From contig CAXXHC010000001.1 in the NCBI GenBank assembly GCA_963663525.2, positions 2,406,525 to 2,470,524 on the forward strand: a stretch of 64,000 bases of DNA. The letters run 5' to 3'. The DNA comes from Myxococcota bacterium (GTDB taxonomy: Bacteria; Myxococcota_A; SURF-8; G963663525). Both the position numbers and the translations under genes were made by a program. The notes beneath the pieces are model-generated. The model worked only from the letters and a program-made list of their open reading frames with translations, was not told the DNA's origin and did not search any database. Below are positions 47,648-55,475 of the stretch, in pieces (the first letter of the stretch is position 1; each line of letters begins with the position of its first letter).

Positions 47648-48868
47648 ATGGATCAGCGACAAATGGAAACCACACTCCCGCTCGCCGTAGTCGGATGCGA
47701 TTTCCGGGTGGCGTCCAGCGCATGGCGCTCGGCGCTGGTGCTCGATCCCGAGGAGCGCCTGCGCATGGCCCGTTCGTTGATTGGCAGCAAGCAGGCAGAC
47801 GGCATCGCCTTTCTCGATACCTGCAACCGAAACGAGTGGATCGTCAGTGCCGACCAGCCCAACTGGACGGTGCAGTTGCTCGAAGCCCAGATGATCGGAC
47901 GCTGGCAGAAAAATCGCTTCAGCAACACTCCGAAACCGTACCGATACGTGGGGTTGGAAGCCGTCGAACATATCCTGCGGGTGGCGGTGGGACTGGAGTC
48001 GTTCGTCACGGGGGAAGCTCAGATCGCCGGGCAGCTCAACGCCAGCATCGAGCAGGCGAGGAGAAACGGCACGGGGTCCACCATCCTCAACGGTCTGGGC
48101 CGCACGGTCGGGCGGGTCACGCGAGAAGCGTTTCGCGCGGGGATTCAGGGCGGTTTGCGGCGTGGCGTGCATGGTCTGACGCTGGATTACCTGGTGGAGC
48201 GTTTCCGGGACGAGCTGAAGACCGTGGCGGTCGTCGGTATGGGGCAAATTGGCCGGAAAACGGCGGCGCTTCTGGAAAGCCACACGCCGTACAAGCTGAT
48301 TCGCGTCAACCGGACGGTCTGGGCGGATACCCACGCCATCGTGCCTCTTTCCAGAATCGAAGAAGTCGTGGAGGAAGCCGATGCCTTGGTGCTGGCCACC
48401 GGAGCGCTCAAACCCTTGTTCAGCATGGAGGAAATCGCGCGCTGGAAAGGGAAGGGGAAGCTCGAACTTCTCGACCTGGGGATTCCGGCACAGATCGGCG
48501 GCACCGACGAAAACCGCTGGAATCGCTTGCATTACGACGGGTTGGACCGCCTTTTCACGGCGAAATCGAAAAAGATGGACGAGCCGAGCGAGGAAAAGGC
48601 GCTGGAAATCGTTCGCCAGGGGATCGAAGAGTTTTCCGCGTTCTGCGCCGAACGTCCGCTGGCCCCGTTGCTCGAAGACGCACAGTCCCGGCACGAGCGG
48701 TACATTCACGACAAAATCCCGGATTTCATCGAGCAGATCCTGCCGGAGTTTGATCTCACGCGCCGAAGACAGGTGGAGCGCGATTTGAGGGGATTCATTC
48801 GCGAATACACGAACGAAGTCATCGAGGCCATTCATCGGGAAGCCAACGCGCGCGTCCAGCGGAAGTGA
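47648..48868 (+). CDS. hemA: Glutamyl-tRNA reductase-like protein (divergent N-terminus)
   Basis: Catalytic-Cys context FLDTCNRNEW. NADPH fold VAVVGMGQIGRK. 406 aa. The usual N-terminal HxTAP-type motif is not evident. Confidence 0.65.
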   Translation: MDQRQMETTLPLAVVGCDFRVASSAWRSALVLDPEERLRMARSLIGSKQADGIAFLDTCNRNEWIVSADQPNWTVQLLEAQMIGRWQKNRFSNTPKPYRYVGLEAVEHILRVAVGLESFVTGEAQIAGQLNASIEQARRNGTGSTILNGLGRTVGRVTREAFRAGIQGGLRRGVHGLTLDYLVERFRDELKTVAVVGMGQIGRKTAALLESHTPYKLIRVNRTVWADTHAIVPLSRIEEVVEEADALVLATGALKPLFSMEEIARWKGKGKLELLDLGIPAQIGGTDENRWNRLHYDGLDRLFTAKSKKMDEPSEEKALEIVRQGIEEFSAFCAERPLAPLLEDAQSRHERYIHDKIPDFIEQILPEFDLTRRRQVERDLRGFIREYTNEVIEAIHREANARVQRK

Positions 48869-48892
48869 ATCGTGCCGTTTCCGGGTTGCCGG

Positions 48893-49055
48893 GACAATCG
48901 TAGCCTGATTCACGGATCGTTTGTTGGAGCAAGTCTCCCGACTTGCTCCACAGGTTCATGCCGTTGGGTTGGAAACCTGACGAAAAACAACTGGTTCAGG
49001 TCAGGAGACCTGAACCAACGGATAGACAATCGTAGCCTGATTCACGGATTGTTTT
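48893..49055 (+). repeat. Family C element (48923-49021) bracketed by about 30-bp direct repeats
   Basis: GACAATCGTAGCCTGATTCACGGAT(C/T)GTTT at 48893-48922 and 49025-49055. The core has hairpins GGAGCAAGTC-TCCC-GACTTGCTCC and GGTTCAGGTC-AGGA-GACCTGAACC. Confidence 0.85.
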
Positions 49056-49085
49056 TTCCATGATGTACGTACCGAGGGAGTTTTC

Positions 49086-50297
49086 ATGAATCACGAGTTC
49101 GAAGCGATGTACGTTCCCCGCGAGGAAATCTCACGGAGAATGGCCGACTTTCAACGGACCCTGGATAGCTTGGACGTGGCCGTGGCGTGGATCGAGCACG
49201 CCAACGACCTTTATTACTACACGGGTTCCATTCAGGATGCGGTGCTGCTGGTTCCTGCCGTGGGCGAGCCGCTGTACTTCGTGCGAAAAAGTCGCGAGCG
49301 CGCCGCCAAGGAATCTCCGCTGAAAGCCCTGCCGTTCGAAGGGCGTGGCGCGGTGCTGGCGGAAGTCGGAAAATTCTTGAAGGAAAGCGGGCACTTGGGG
49401 CTCTCGCTGGACGTGCTTCCCGCCAAGGATTACCTATACCTGCTGCGCAAACTCGATACGCCGCCGGTCAAGGATATCGCGATGGCGATTCGCTTGCAGC
49501 GGGCGGTGAAAAGCGACTGGGAACTGGAGCAGATCCGCGTTGCTGCCGGGCACGCCGAGGAGACTTTTGCCTCGCTCGAACGCATTGCCCAGCCCGGACG
49601 TTCCGAGTTGGAGATTTCTGCCGATGTGGAGCGCTTTTTGCGTATCAAGGGCCACGGGGGGACGATCCGACTGCGTAAGCCGGGGCAGGAAATGGCGATC
49701 ATCACGGTATCGAGTGGAAAGGCCGCCTGCGCCCCGACCAACTTTAACGGTCCCATCGGCGCGATCGGACCGTCTCCGGCCTCTGCAATGGGGGCGGGAC
49801 ACAAGCGTTTCGGGAGGGGCGAAACGTTGATGCTCGACATGGTGAGCAACTGGAACGGCTACAACGCCGACAACGCCCGCACCTTCTACGCAGGCAAGCA
49901 GGCCCCGGAATTCGTGTTGCAGGCTCACGATTTCTGCATTCACACGATGATGGCCGTGGCCGAACTCGCGAAACCCGGAGCGATTTGTTCCGAGATTTTT
50001 ACGGAGGTGGCACAGAAAGCCGCCGAGCGGGGAGAACCGGAAGGATTTTTAGGCTACGGCGAGAACCGGGTGAAGTTTTTCGGTCATGGCGTCGGTATCG
50101 AGTTGGACGAACTGCCGGTGATCGCGAACAAGGTGGATATCGAGTTGAAGGAAAACATGGTCATCGCCATCGAACCGAAGGCCTTTTTCCCCACCGTGGG
50201 ACCGGTGGGAGCCGAAAACACCTTCGTTGTCACCAAGACGGGTTGCGAGAGCCTGTGCAAATTCCCCAATGAAATCTACTGCTTGGAGCATGATTAA
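49086..50297 (+). CDS. M24-family Xaa-Pro aminopeptidase / creatinase-like metallopeptidase
   Basis: Creatinase-type N-domain, then the pita-bread fold pattern (DMVSNWNGYNADNARTF, HGVGIELDE, IAIEP, ENTFVVT). Confidence 0.85.
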   Translation: MNHEFEAMYVPREEISRRMADFQRTLDSLDVAVAWIEHANDLYYYTGSIQDAVLLVPAVGEPLYFVRKSRERAAKESPLKALPFEGRGAVLAEVGKFLKESGHLGLSLDVLPAKDYLYLLRKLDTPPVKDIAMAIRLQRAVKSDWELEQIRVAAGHAEETFASLERIAQPGRSELEISADVERFLRIKGHGGTIRLRKPGQEMAIITVSSGKAACAPTNFNGPIGAIGPSPASAMGAGHKRFGRGETLMLDMVSNWNGYNADNARTFYAGKQAPEFVLQAHDFCIHTMMAVAELAKPGAICSEIFTEVAQKAAERGEPEGFLGYGENRVKFFGHGVGIELDELPVIANKVDIELKENMVIAIEPKAFFPTVGPVGAENTFVVTKTGCESLCKFPNEIYCLEHD

Positions 50298-50367
50298 ACT
50301 CTTCTGAAACGTATCGTGCATGGAAAAAATTGCAGATTCAACCTCGTGATTTTCCACGAAATTTCGC

Positions 50368-50431
50368 GTAGGTCGGGCAAATTTCTTGCCGACAGTGCCA
50401 AAGTGTCGGATTATAAATTAGCCCGATCTAT
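50368..50431. repeat. REP-like composite element (family A variant)
   Basis: GTAGGTCGGGCAAATTTCTTGCCGACAGTGCCAAAGTGTCGGATTATAAATTAGCCCGATCTAT. Confidence 0.6.
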
Positions 50432-50465
50432 ATGTGCTGTATCCTATTGATATTAAAGGGAATTG

Positions 50466-50576
50466 ATCCCCTCTCCCTTTGGGAGAGGGTTAGGGTGAGG
50501 GTACAAAAAATCCCCTCACCCGGTGCTGATGCACCGACCTCTCCCGGCGGGAGAGGCGCTTGGACCCTTCGGGTCA
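50466..50576 (+). repeat. Family B multi-hairpin element, copy 3
   Basis: Same five-hairpin order as 5715-5833. Confidence 0.85.
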
Positions 50577-50722
50577 GAAATGATGACAATTTTTTGTGAA
50601 ACATTTTCCCCGCGCAAGAAAGAAAAGGATAAGCTTTGCAATTCGGAATCGATTCGGTGTATGATTTTGCAAATCATGCGTATCGTTCCTTCTTTGATGA
50701 CCATGTTGGAAAGGAAAGACTG

Positions 50723-51436
50723 ATGAAGGGTCTGCTCCGTATCGGTATCGGAATAGCCGTTTTGTTCGCCTTTATGGCTTGTGCCGAACAGAAAGCCGTC
50801 CAGAAGCCCGACACGATGAAAGTCAAGGAAGAAGTGCGGGTCGAACACTCGGACCCGGGGAACCTGACGATCCGCGAGTTCGACATGAACCACGACAAGC
50901 AACCGGATATGTTCAAGTTTTTCGATCCGCAGACCTTGAACCCGACTACGAAAGAGCCGGTGCTGGTCAAGCGCGAATTGGATCTGAACTCGGACGGCAA
51001 GGTGGATGTCTGGACGATGTACGGCGTCAAGGGCGACGTGACCCAGGAATCCTTCGATCTGGACTATGACGGCAAAATCGATATGGTCGATTATTTCTCC
51101 AAAGGGGCAATGATCCGCCAGGAAATCGACAACCAGTTCGACGAGAAGCCTGACGTCTTCAAGTTCTATTCCAAGGGGATGCTGATCCGCAAGGAAGCCG
51201 ACACCAACGGTGACGGCAAAGTCAACTACTGGGAAGAATACCTCGGCGGCAACCAGATCAAGCGCATCGGCATCGACCTGGACGGCGATGGCGTGGTGGA
51301 CGAATGGAAAAAGCCGGAAATCGAAGCGCCGACGGAAGTTGCGCCCCAGGAAGAAGCGGCTCCGGTCGAGGAAACGCCCAAAGAAGAGCCAAAAGAGCAA
51401 AAAGAGACAAAGAAGAGCAAAAAGAAGAAAAAGTAA
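50723..51436 (+). CDS. Lipoprotein with six DxDxDGxxD-type (EF-hand/dockerin-like) repeats and a Lys-rich tail
   Basis: ATG at 50723 gives MKGLLRIGIGIAVLFAFMAC. Repeats include DLNSDGKVDVW, DLDYDGKIDMVDYF, DTNGDGKVNYW and DLDGDGVVDEW. Tail is KEEPKEQKETKKSKKKKK. Confidence 0.75.
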   Translation: MKGLLRIGIGIAVLFAFMACAEQKAVQKPDTMKVKEEVRVEHSDPGNLTIREFDMNHDKQPDMFKFFDPQTLNPTTKEPVLVKRELDLNSDGKVDVWTMYGVKGDVTQESFDLDYDGKIDMVDYFSKGAMIRQEIDNQFDEKPDVFKFYSKGMLIRKEADTNGDGKVNYWEEYLGGNQIKRIGIDLDGDGVVDEWKKPEIEAPTEVAPQEEAAPVEETPKEEPKEQKETKKSKKKKK

Positions 51437-51476
51437 ACCAAACGGCGACTTTTTGGGCCGAAACGCATCGCGCCGG

Positions 51477-51505
51477 TTGACAAAGGGCGTCGAAATCGAT
51501 ATGTA
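51477..51505 (+). promoter_or_regulatory. Sigma70-like promoter for the his leader
   Basis: TTGACA (51477-82), 17 nt spacer, TATGTA (51500-05). The leader ATG lies 7 nt downstream of the -10. Confidence 0.45.
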
Positions 51506-51511
51506 AGAATC

Positions 51512-51574
51512 ATGAAGACGAACCGACATGCCATTCATCACCATCATGAATCTCCGAAAGGGGAAGCCGGATGA
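51512..51574 (+). CDS. hisL: his operon leader peptide (20 aa, MKTNRHAIHHHHESPKGEAG)
   Basis: Five His codons, four of them consecutive (51536-47). Lies immediately upstream of a terminator/antiterminator and of hisG. No clear SD. Confidence 0.7.
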   Translation: MKTNRHAIHHHHESPKGEAG

Positions 51575-51600
51575 GTGTCTGAATTTACAGAACCTTTTCG

Positions 51601-51633
51601 AACGCCGGCTTCCATAGCCGGCGTTTTTGTTTG
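51601..51633 (+). terminator. Attenuator (intrinsic terminator) of the his operon
   Basis: AACGCCGGCT-TCCAT-AGCCGGCGTT followed by TTTGTTTG. Its 5' arm (51605-13) is also perfectly complementary to 51562-70. Confidence 0.8.
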
Positions 51634-51652
51634 TAATGTGGGAGAAAACACG

Positions 51653-52528
51653 ATGCCTGAAGAACTCGAAACACGCCCCGTGCGCTTGGCACTACCCAAA
51701 GGACACATGAAAGCCGGAGTCTTCGACCTGCTTGCCGATGCGGGCATTCGCGTGCGCGAAAGTCGCAGAAATTACCGGCCCGTGCTGTCGCTTTCCGGCT
51801 TCGAGACGAAAATCCTCAAGCCGCAGAACATCGTCGAAATGCTGCACGCAGGCTCGCGCGACCTCGGCTTCGCCGGGGCGGACTGGGTGGCCGAAAAAGG
51901 GGCCGATCTCGTGGAGTTGCTCGATACCGGCCTGGACCCGGTGCGCATCGTGGCGGCGGCTCCGGAAAGCCTGCTGGTGGATGGCAACCTGCCCGACCGG
52001 CGCATCGTCGTCGCCTCCGAGTACGAGCGCATCGCTCGAAAATGGATCGAGGCCCGGGGGATGGACGCCTCTTTTGTCCGATCTTTCGGCGCAACGGAAG
52101 TGTTTCCGCCCGAAGACGCCGATTGCATCGTGGACAACACCGCCACCGGGGGCACGTTGGCGCGAAATCGCCTCGTGGTCATCGCCGAGTTGGCGCAGTC
52201 CTCCACCCGGATGTACGCCCACCCGAAATCGATGGACATTCCGCACGTCCGCGACACGATCGAGCACGTGGTGCTGTTGCTGCGTTCGGTGCTTGATGCC
52301 CGCCAGCGGGTGATGCTCGAACTCAACGTGCCCACCGACAAGCTGGAGAGCATCGTCAACCTTCTGCCCTGTATGCGGGAACCGACGATTTCACCTTTGT
52401 TCGGCGAAGCCGGGTACGCCGTCAAGGCCGCCGTTCCGAGGAAGGATCTCCCGCGCCTGATTCTCGAAATCAAGGCTCATGGGGGAACCGATCTCGTCGT
52501 CACAGCCCCGGACCAGCTCATTCCCTGA
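51653..52528 (+). CDS. hisG: ATP phosphoribosyltransferase, long form
   Basis: LALPKGHM N-terminus. 291 aa, so it includes the C-terminal regulatory domain. No hisZ in the window. Confidence 0.9.
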   Translation: MPEELETRPVRLALPKGHMKAGVFDLLADAGIRVRESRRNYRPVLSLSGFETKILKPQNIVEMLHAGSRDLGFAGADWVAEKGADLVELLDTGLDPVRIVAAAPESLLVDGNLPDRRIVVASEYERIARKWIEARGMDASFVRSFGATEVFPPEDADCIVDNTATGGTLARNRLVVIAELAQSSTRMYAHPKSMDIPHVRDTIEHVVLLLRSVLDARQRVMLELNVPTDKLESIVNLLPCMREPTISPLFGEAGYAVKAAVPRKDLPRLILEIKAHGGTDLVVTAPDQLIP

Positions 52529-52542
52529 GAAAGGCGACCGCG

Positions 52543-54273
52543 ATGTCCGTATACGATCCTCCGTACCCGAAGGTTTCGCCCTATCTCGAAGGGCTGCACG
52601 CCTATTCGGTGCCGAAAGCTCCCGCACCGACCGATCTCATGCTGGACGCCAACGAGGGAGCGCCTCCTCCGGCTTCGTTGCTGGAAAAGCTGACAAACGA
52701 CGATTTGGAGCGTTTTTCCCGCTATCGGCGGGCCACGCCTCTGGAAGAAGTCCTCGCTGAGGAGTTGCAAACCGATCCCGCCCAGGTGCTCGTCACAGCG
52801 GGAGCTGACGAGGGCATCCAGCGCTGTTGTTTGTCCTACCTGCCAGAAAACCGTGAAATGATTGTCGCGACGCCGACTTTCGAGATGTTTCCGACGCTGG
52901 CGCGCATTGCCGGAGGGCGGATGGCCTTCGTTCCCTGGTCGGACGGTCCGTATCCGGTAGACACCGTTCTGGAGCGCATCGGTCCCGATACCGGCATCGT
53001 GACGGTGATTTCGCCCAACAATCCCACAGGCACGGTCGCGAGCGAGGACGACATCGGGCGGCTGTCGCGGGCCTGTCCCCACGGGTTGATCCTGATGGAT
53101 CTCGCCTACGGGGAGTTCGCCGAGCGGGATCTCACGCCGCTGGCTCTGAAATATCCCAACGTGGTGGTGCTGCATACCTTTTCCAAGGCGTGGGGAATGG
53201 CCGGGCTGCGCATCGGTTTCGCCGTGGGTTCCCGGCCCGTGATCGATGTCCTGCGCACCTGTGGCACGCCGTACCCCGTTTCCAACCTGTCGCTGGAACT
53301 GGCGCTCGAATGGCGCAAAACCGGTAGGCCGCACGTCGAGCGCATGGTGGGGCGGATCGTCGAGGAACGCGCCCTCTTGAGCCGGACCTTGAAAGAGCTT
53401 GGCGCAGAGGTGCTGGATTCCCAGGCGAATTTCGTGTTCTGCCGCGTGAAAGATCCGCTGTTCGTGCGCGACGCGCTGGCGGGCATGGGCATCGCGGTGC
53501 GGCTCGTGCCGGACGAGGCCGAGTTTCGCGGCGGGTTGCGCATCACCTGTCCGGGAAATGCCAAGGATTTCGAGCGCTTGACGCACGCCCTCGAAACGGT
53601 GCTTGCGCCGCAGGGGATTTTATTCGATATGGACGGTGTGTTGGCCGACGTGTCGCGCTCCTTCCGGGAGGCGATCCGGCAGACGGCGGAGACGTTCGGC
53701 GTGATCGTGAGCGATGCGACGATTTCCGCCGCCAAATCCGAGCCGGGAAGCAACGACGACTGGTCCCTTACCCGGCGGCTGATGCAAAGGGAAGGCGTCG
53801 AAGAATCGCTGGAAACGGTGACGGAGACGTTTGAGGATCTCTACCAGGGAAATGGGACGCGTGAAGGACTCAAGGCGCGCGAAAGGCTGATTCCCACACG
53901 GGCCGACCTGGAGGAACTGCAGGCTTCGTTGCCGCTGGCCGTGGTCACGGGACGTCCCCGCAAAGACGCCGACTTCTTTCTTGAAACGCATGATATTGCA
54001 CGACTTTTCCGTGTCGTGATTGCCCGCGAGGATGCTCCGCTGAAGCCCGATCCCGCACCGGTGTTCCTGGCGTTGGAGGCGTTGTCGATCACATGCGCCT
54101 GGATGCTGGGCGACACGCCGGACGATATTCTCGCGGCGCGGGCGGCGGGCGTGCTGCCCATCGGCGTAGCGGCTCCGGGCGAAGATTTCGAGCGGCGCGC
54201 CGCTCCGTTGTATGCCGCCGGAGCGGCAAGAGTGATTTCCAACCCAACCGACATGAAAGCGTGGCTGCCATGA
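52543..54273 (+). CDS. hisC: Fusion: histidinol-phosphate aminotransferase (N) plus HAD-IA phosphatase domain (C)
   Basis: PLP-Lys context FSKAWGMAGLRIG. From about aa 358: HAD motifs DMDGV (I), VVTG (II), KPDP (III), GDTPDD (IV). Confidence 0.85.
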   Translation: MSVYDPPYPKVSPYLEGLHAYSVPKAPAPTDLMLDANEGAPPPASLLEKLTNDDLERFSRYRRATPLEEVLAEELQTDPAQVLVTAGADEGIQRCCLSYLPENREMIVATPTFEMFPTLARIAGGRMAFVPWSDGPYPVDTVLERIGPDTGIVTVISPNNPTGTVASEDDIGRLSRACPHGLILMDLAYGEFAERDLTPLALKYPNVVVLHTFSKAWGMAGLRIGFAVGSRPVIDVLRTCGTPYPVSNLSLELALEWRKTGRPHVERMVGRIVEERALLSRTLKELGAEVLDSQANFVFCRVKDPLFVRDALAGMGIAVRLVPDEAEFRGGLRITCPGNAKDFERLTHALETVLAPQGILFDMDGVLADVSRSFREAIRQTAETFGVIVSDATISAAKSEPGSNDDWSLTRRLMQREGVEESLETVTETFEDLYQGNGTREGLKARERLIPTRADLEELQASLPLAVVTGRPRKDADFFLETHDIARLFRVVIAREDAPLKPDPAPVFLALEALSITCAWMLGDTPDDILAARAAGVLPIGVAAPGEDFERRAAPLYAAGAARVISNPTDMKAWLP

Positions 54274-54860
54274 CGAAACGAACGGCGACGATCGAACGCA
54301 AGACGAACGAGACCGATGTCCGCTGCACCCTTTGCCTGGATGGCGAAGGCAAGGCCGATGTAAGCACCGGCATCGGATTTCTGGACCATCTACTGTCTTC
54401 CTGGGCGAAGCACGCACGTTTTGACCTTACGTTGCGCTGCGATGGGGATCTGCCGGTGGACGACCACCACAGCGCCGAGGATTGCGGCCTTGCCCTAGGC
54501 GAAGCCTTTTCGAACGCCCTGGGCGACAAGCGCGGCATCGGGCGTTTCGGGTATGCCTACGCGCCTTTGGACGAAGCCCTGTCGCGGGCGGTGCTCGACG
54601 TGTCGGGAAGGCCGTTTGCACGGATCGAGTTGCACCTGCAACGGGAGGCCATCGGCGGGCTGGCCTGCGAGAACGTCGGTCACGTGATGAGTTCCATGGC
54701 TTCGAGCGGGCGTTTTACTCTTCATGTGGACGTGCTGCACGGCGAAAACGACCACCATCGCGCCGAATCGGCCTTCAAGGCGTTGGCGCTGGCCTGCCGT
54801 CAGGCGGCGGCGCGTGACGGCTCGGACGAAATTCCCAGCACGAAAGGGGTGCTGGTATGA
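54270..54860 (+). CDS. hisB: Imidazoleglycerol-phosphate dehydratase (monofunctional)
   Basis: RKTNETDV, GIGFLDHLL, DDHHSAED and ENDHHRAES motifs. ATGA overlap with hisC. 196 aa, so no phosphatase domain. Confidence 0.93.
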   Translation: MTKRTATIERKTNETDVRCTLCLDGEGKADVSTGIGFLDHLLSSWAKHARFDLTLRCDGDLPVDDHHSAEDCGLALGEAFSNALGDKRGIGRFGYAYAPLDEALSRAVLDVSGRPFARIELHLQREAIGGLACENVGHVMSSMASSGRFTLHVDVLHGENDHHRAESAFKALALACRQAAARDGSDEIPSTKGVLV

Positions 54861-55474
54861 GCGAACGCGAAGTGATGGTGGTTTCGACGGGTACGGCGAA
54901 TCTCGCCTCGGTGCTGGCGGGATTGCGGCGAGCGGGGGCGAATCCGCGTGTCGGGCGCAAGGCCGAAGACGCCGCCGAGGCGCAAGCCTTGGTGTTGCCG
55001 GGTGTGGGAGCCATGGCGGCGGCGATGGACACAATTCATCGACACGACCTGGCCGAAACGCTCAAACAACGGATTTTACAAGGAAAACCCACCCTGGCGG
55101 TTTGTCTGGGGTTGCAAATTCTCGGTGAAACCAGCGAGGAAAGTCCCGATGCGCGTGGCCTGGGCGTTTTCGACGCCCACGTCACTCGCTTTTCCGGAAA
55201 CGTGCGCGTGCCGCAACTGGGTTGGAACCGGGTCGAGCCCGGCGAAGGTTGCCGACTGCTTCAGCCGGGATACGCCTATTTCGCCAATTCCTACAAGTTC
55301 GATACCCCGCCCGAAGGCTGGTACGCGGCCATGGGCGACCATGGCGGGTCGTTCGTCGCGGCACTGGAAAAAGGCCCGGTGCTGGCCTGTCAGTTTCACC
55401 CGGAACTTTCCGGGGCCTGGGGATTGGAACTGTTGAAACGCTGGCTGAAAACGGCTTTCGAAAGCGAGGTGTGA
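54857..55474 (+). CDS. hisH: Imidazole glycerol phosphate synthase, glutamine amidotransferase subunit
   Basis: LPGVGA, catalytic Cys in LAVCLGLQ, QFHPE. ATGA overlap with hisB. Confidence 0.93.
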   Translation: MSEREVMVVSTGTANLASVLAGLRRAGANPRVGRKAEDAAEAQALVLPGVGAMAAAMDTIHRHDLAETLKQRILQGKPTLAVCLGLQILGETSEESPDARGLGVFDAHVTRFSGNVRVPQLGWNRVEPGEGCRLLQPGYAYFANSYKFDTPPEGWYAAMGDHGGSFVAALEKGPVLACQFHPELSGAWGLELLKRWLKTAFESEV

Positions 55475-55475
55475 C

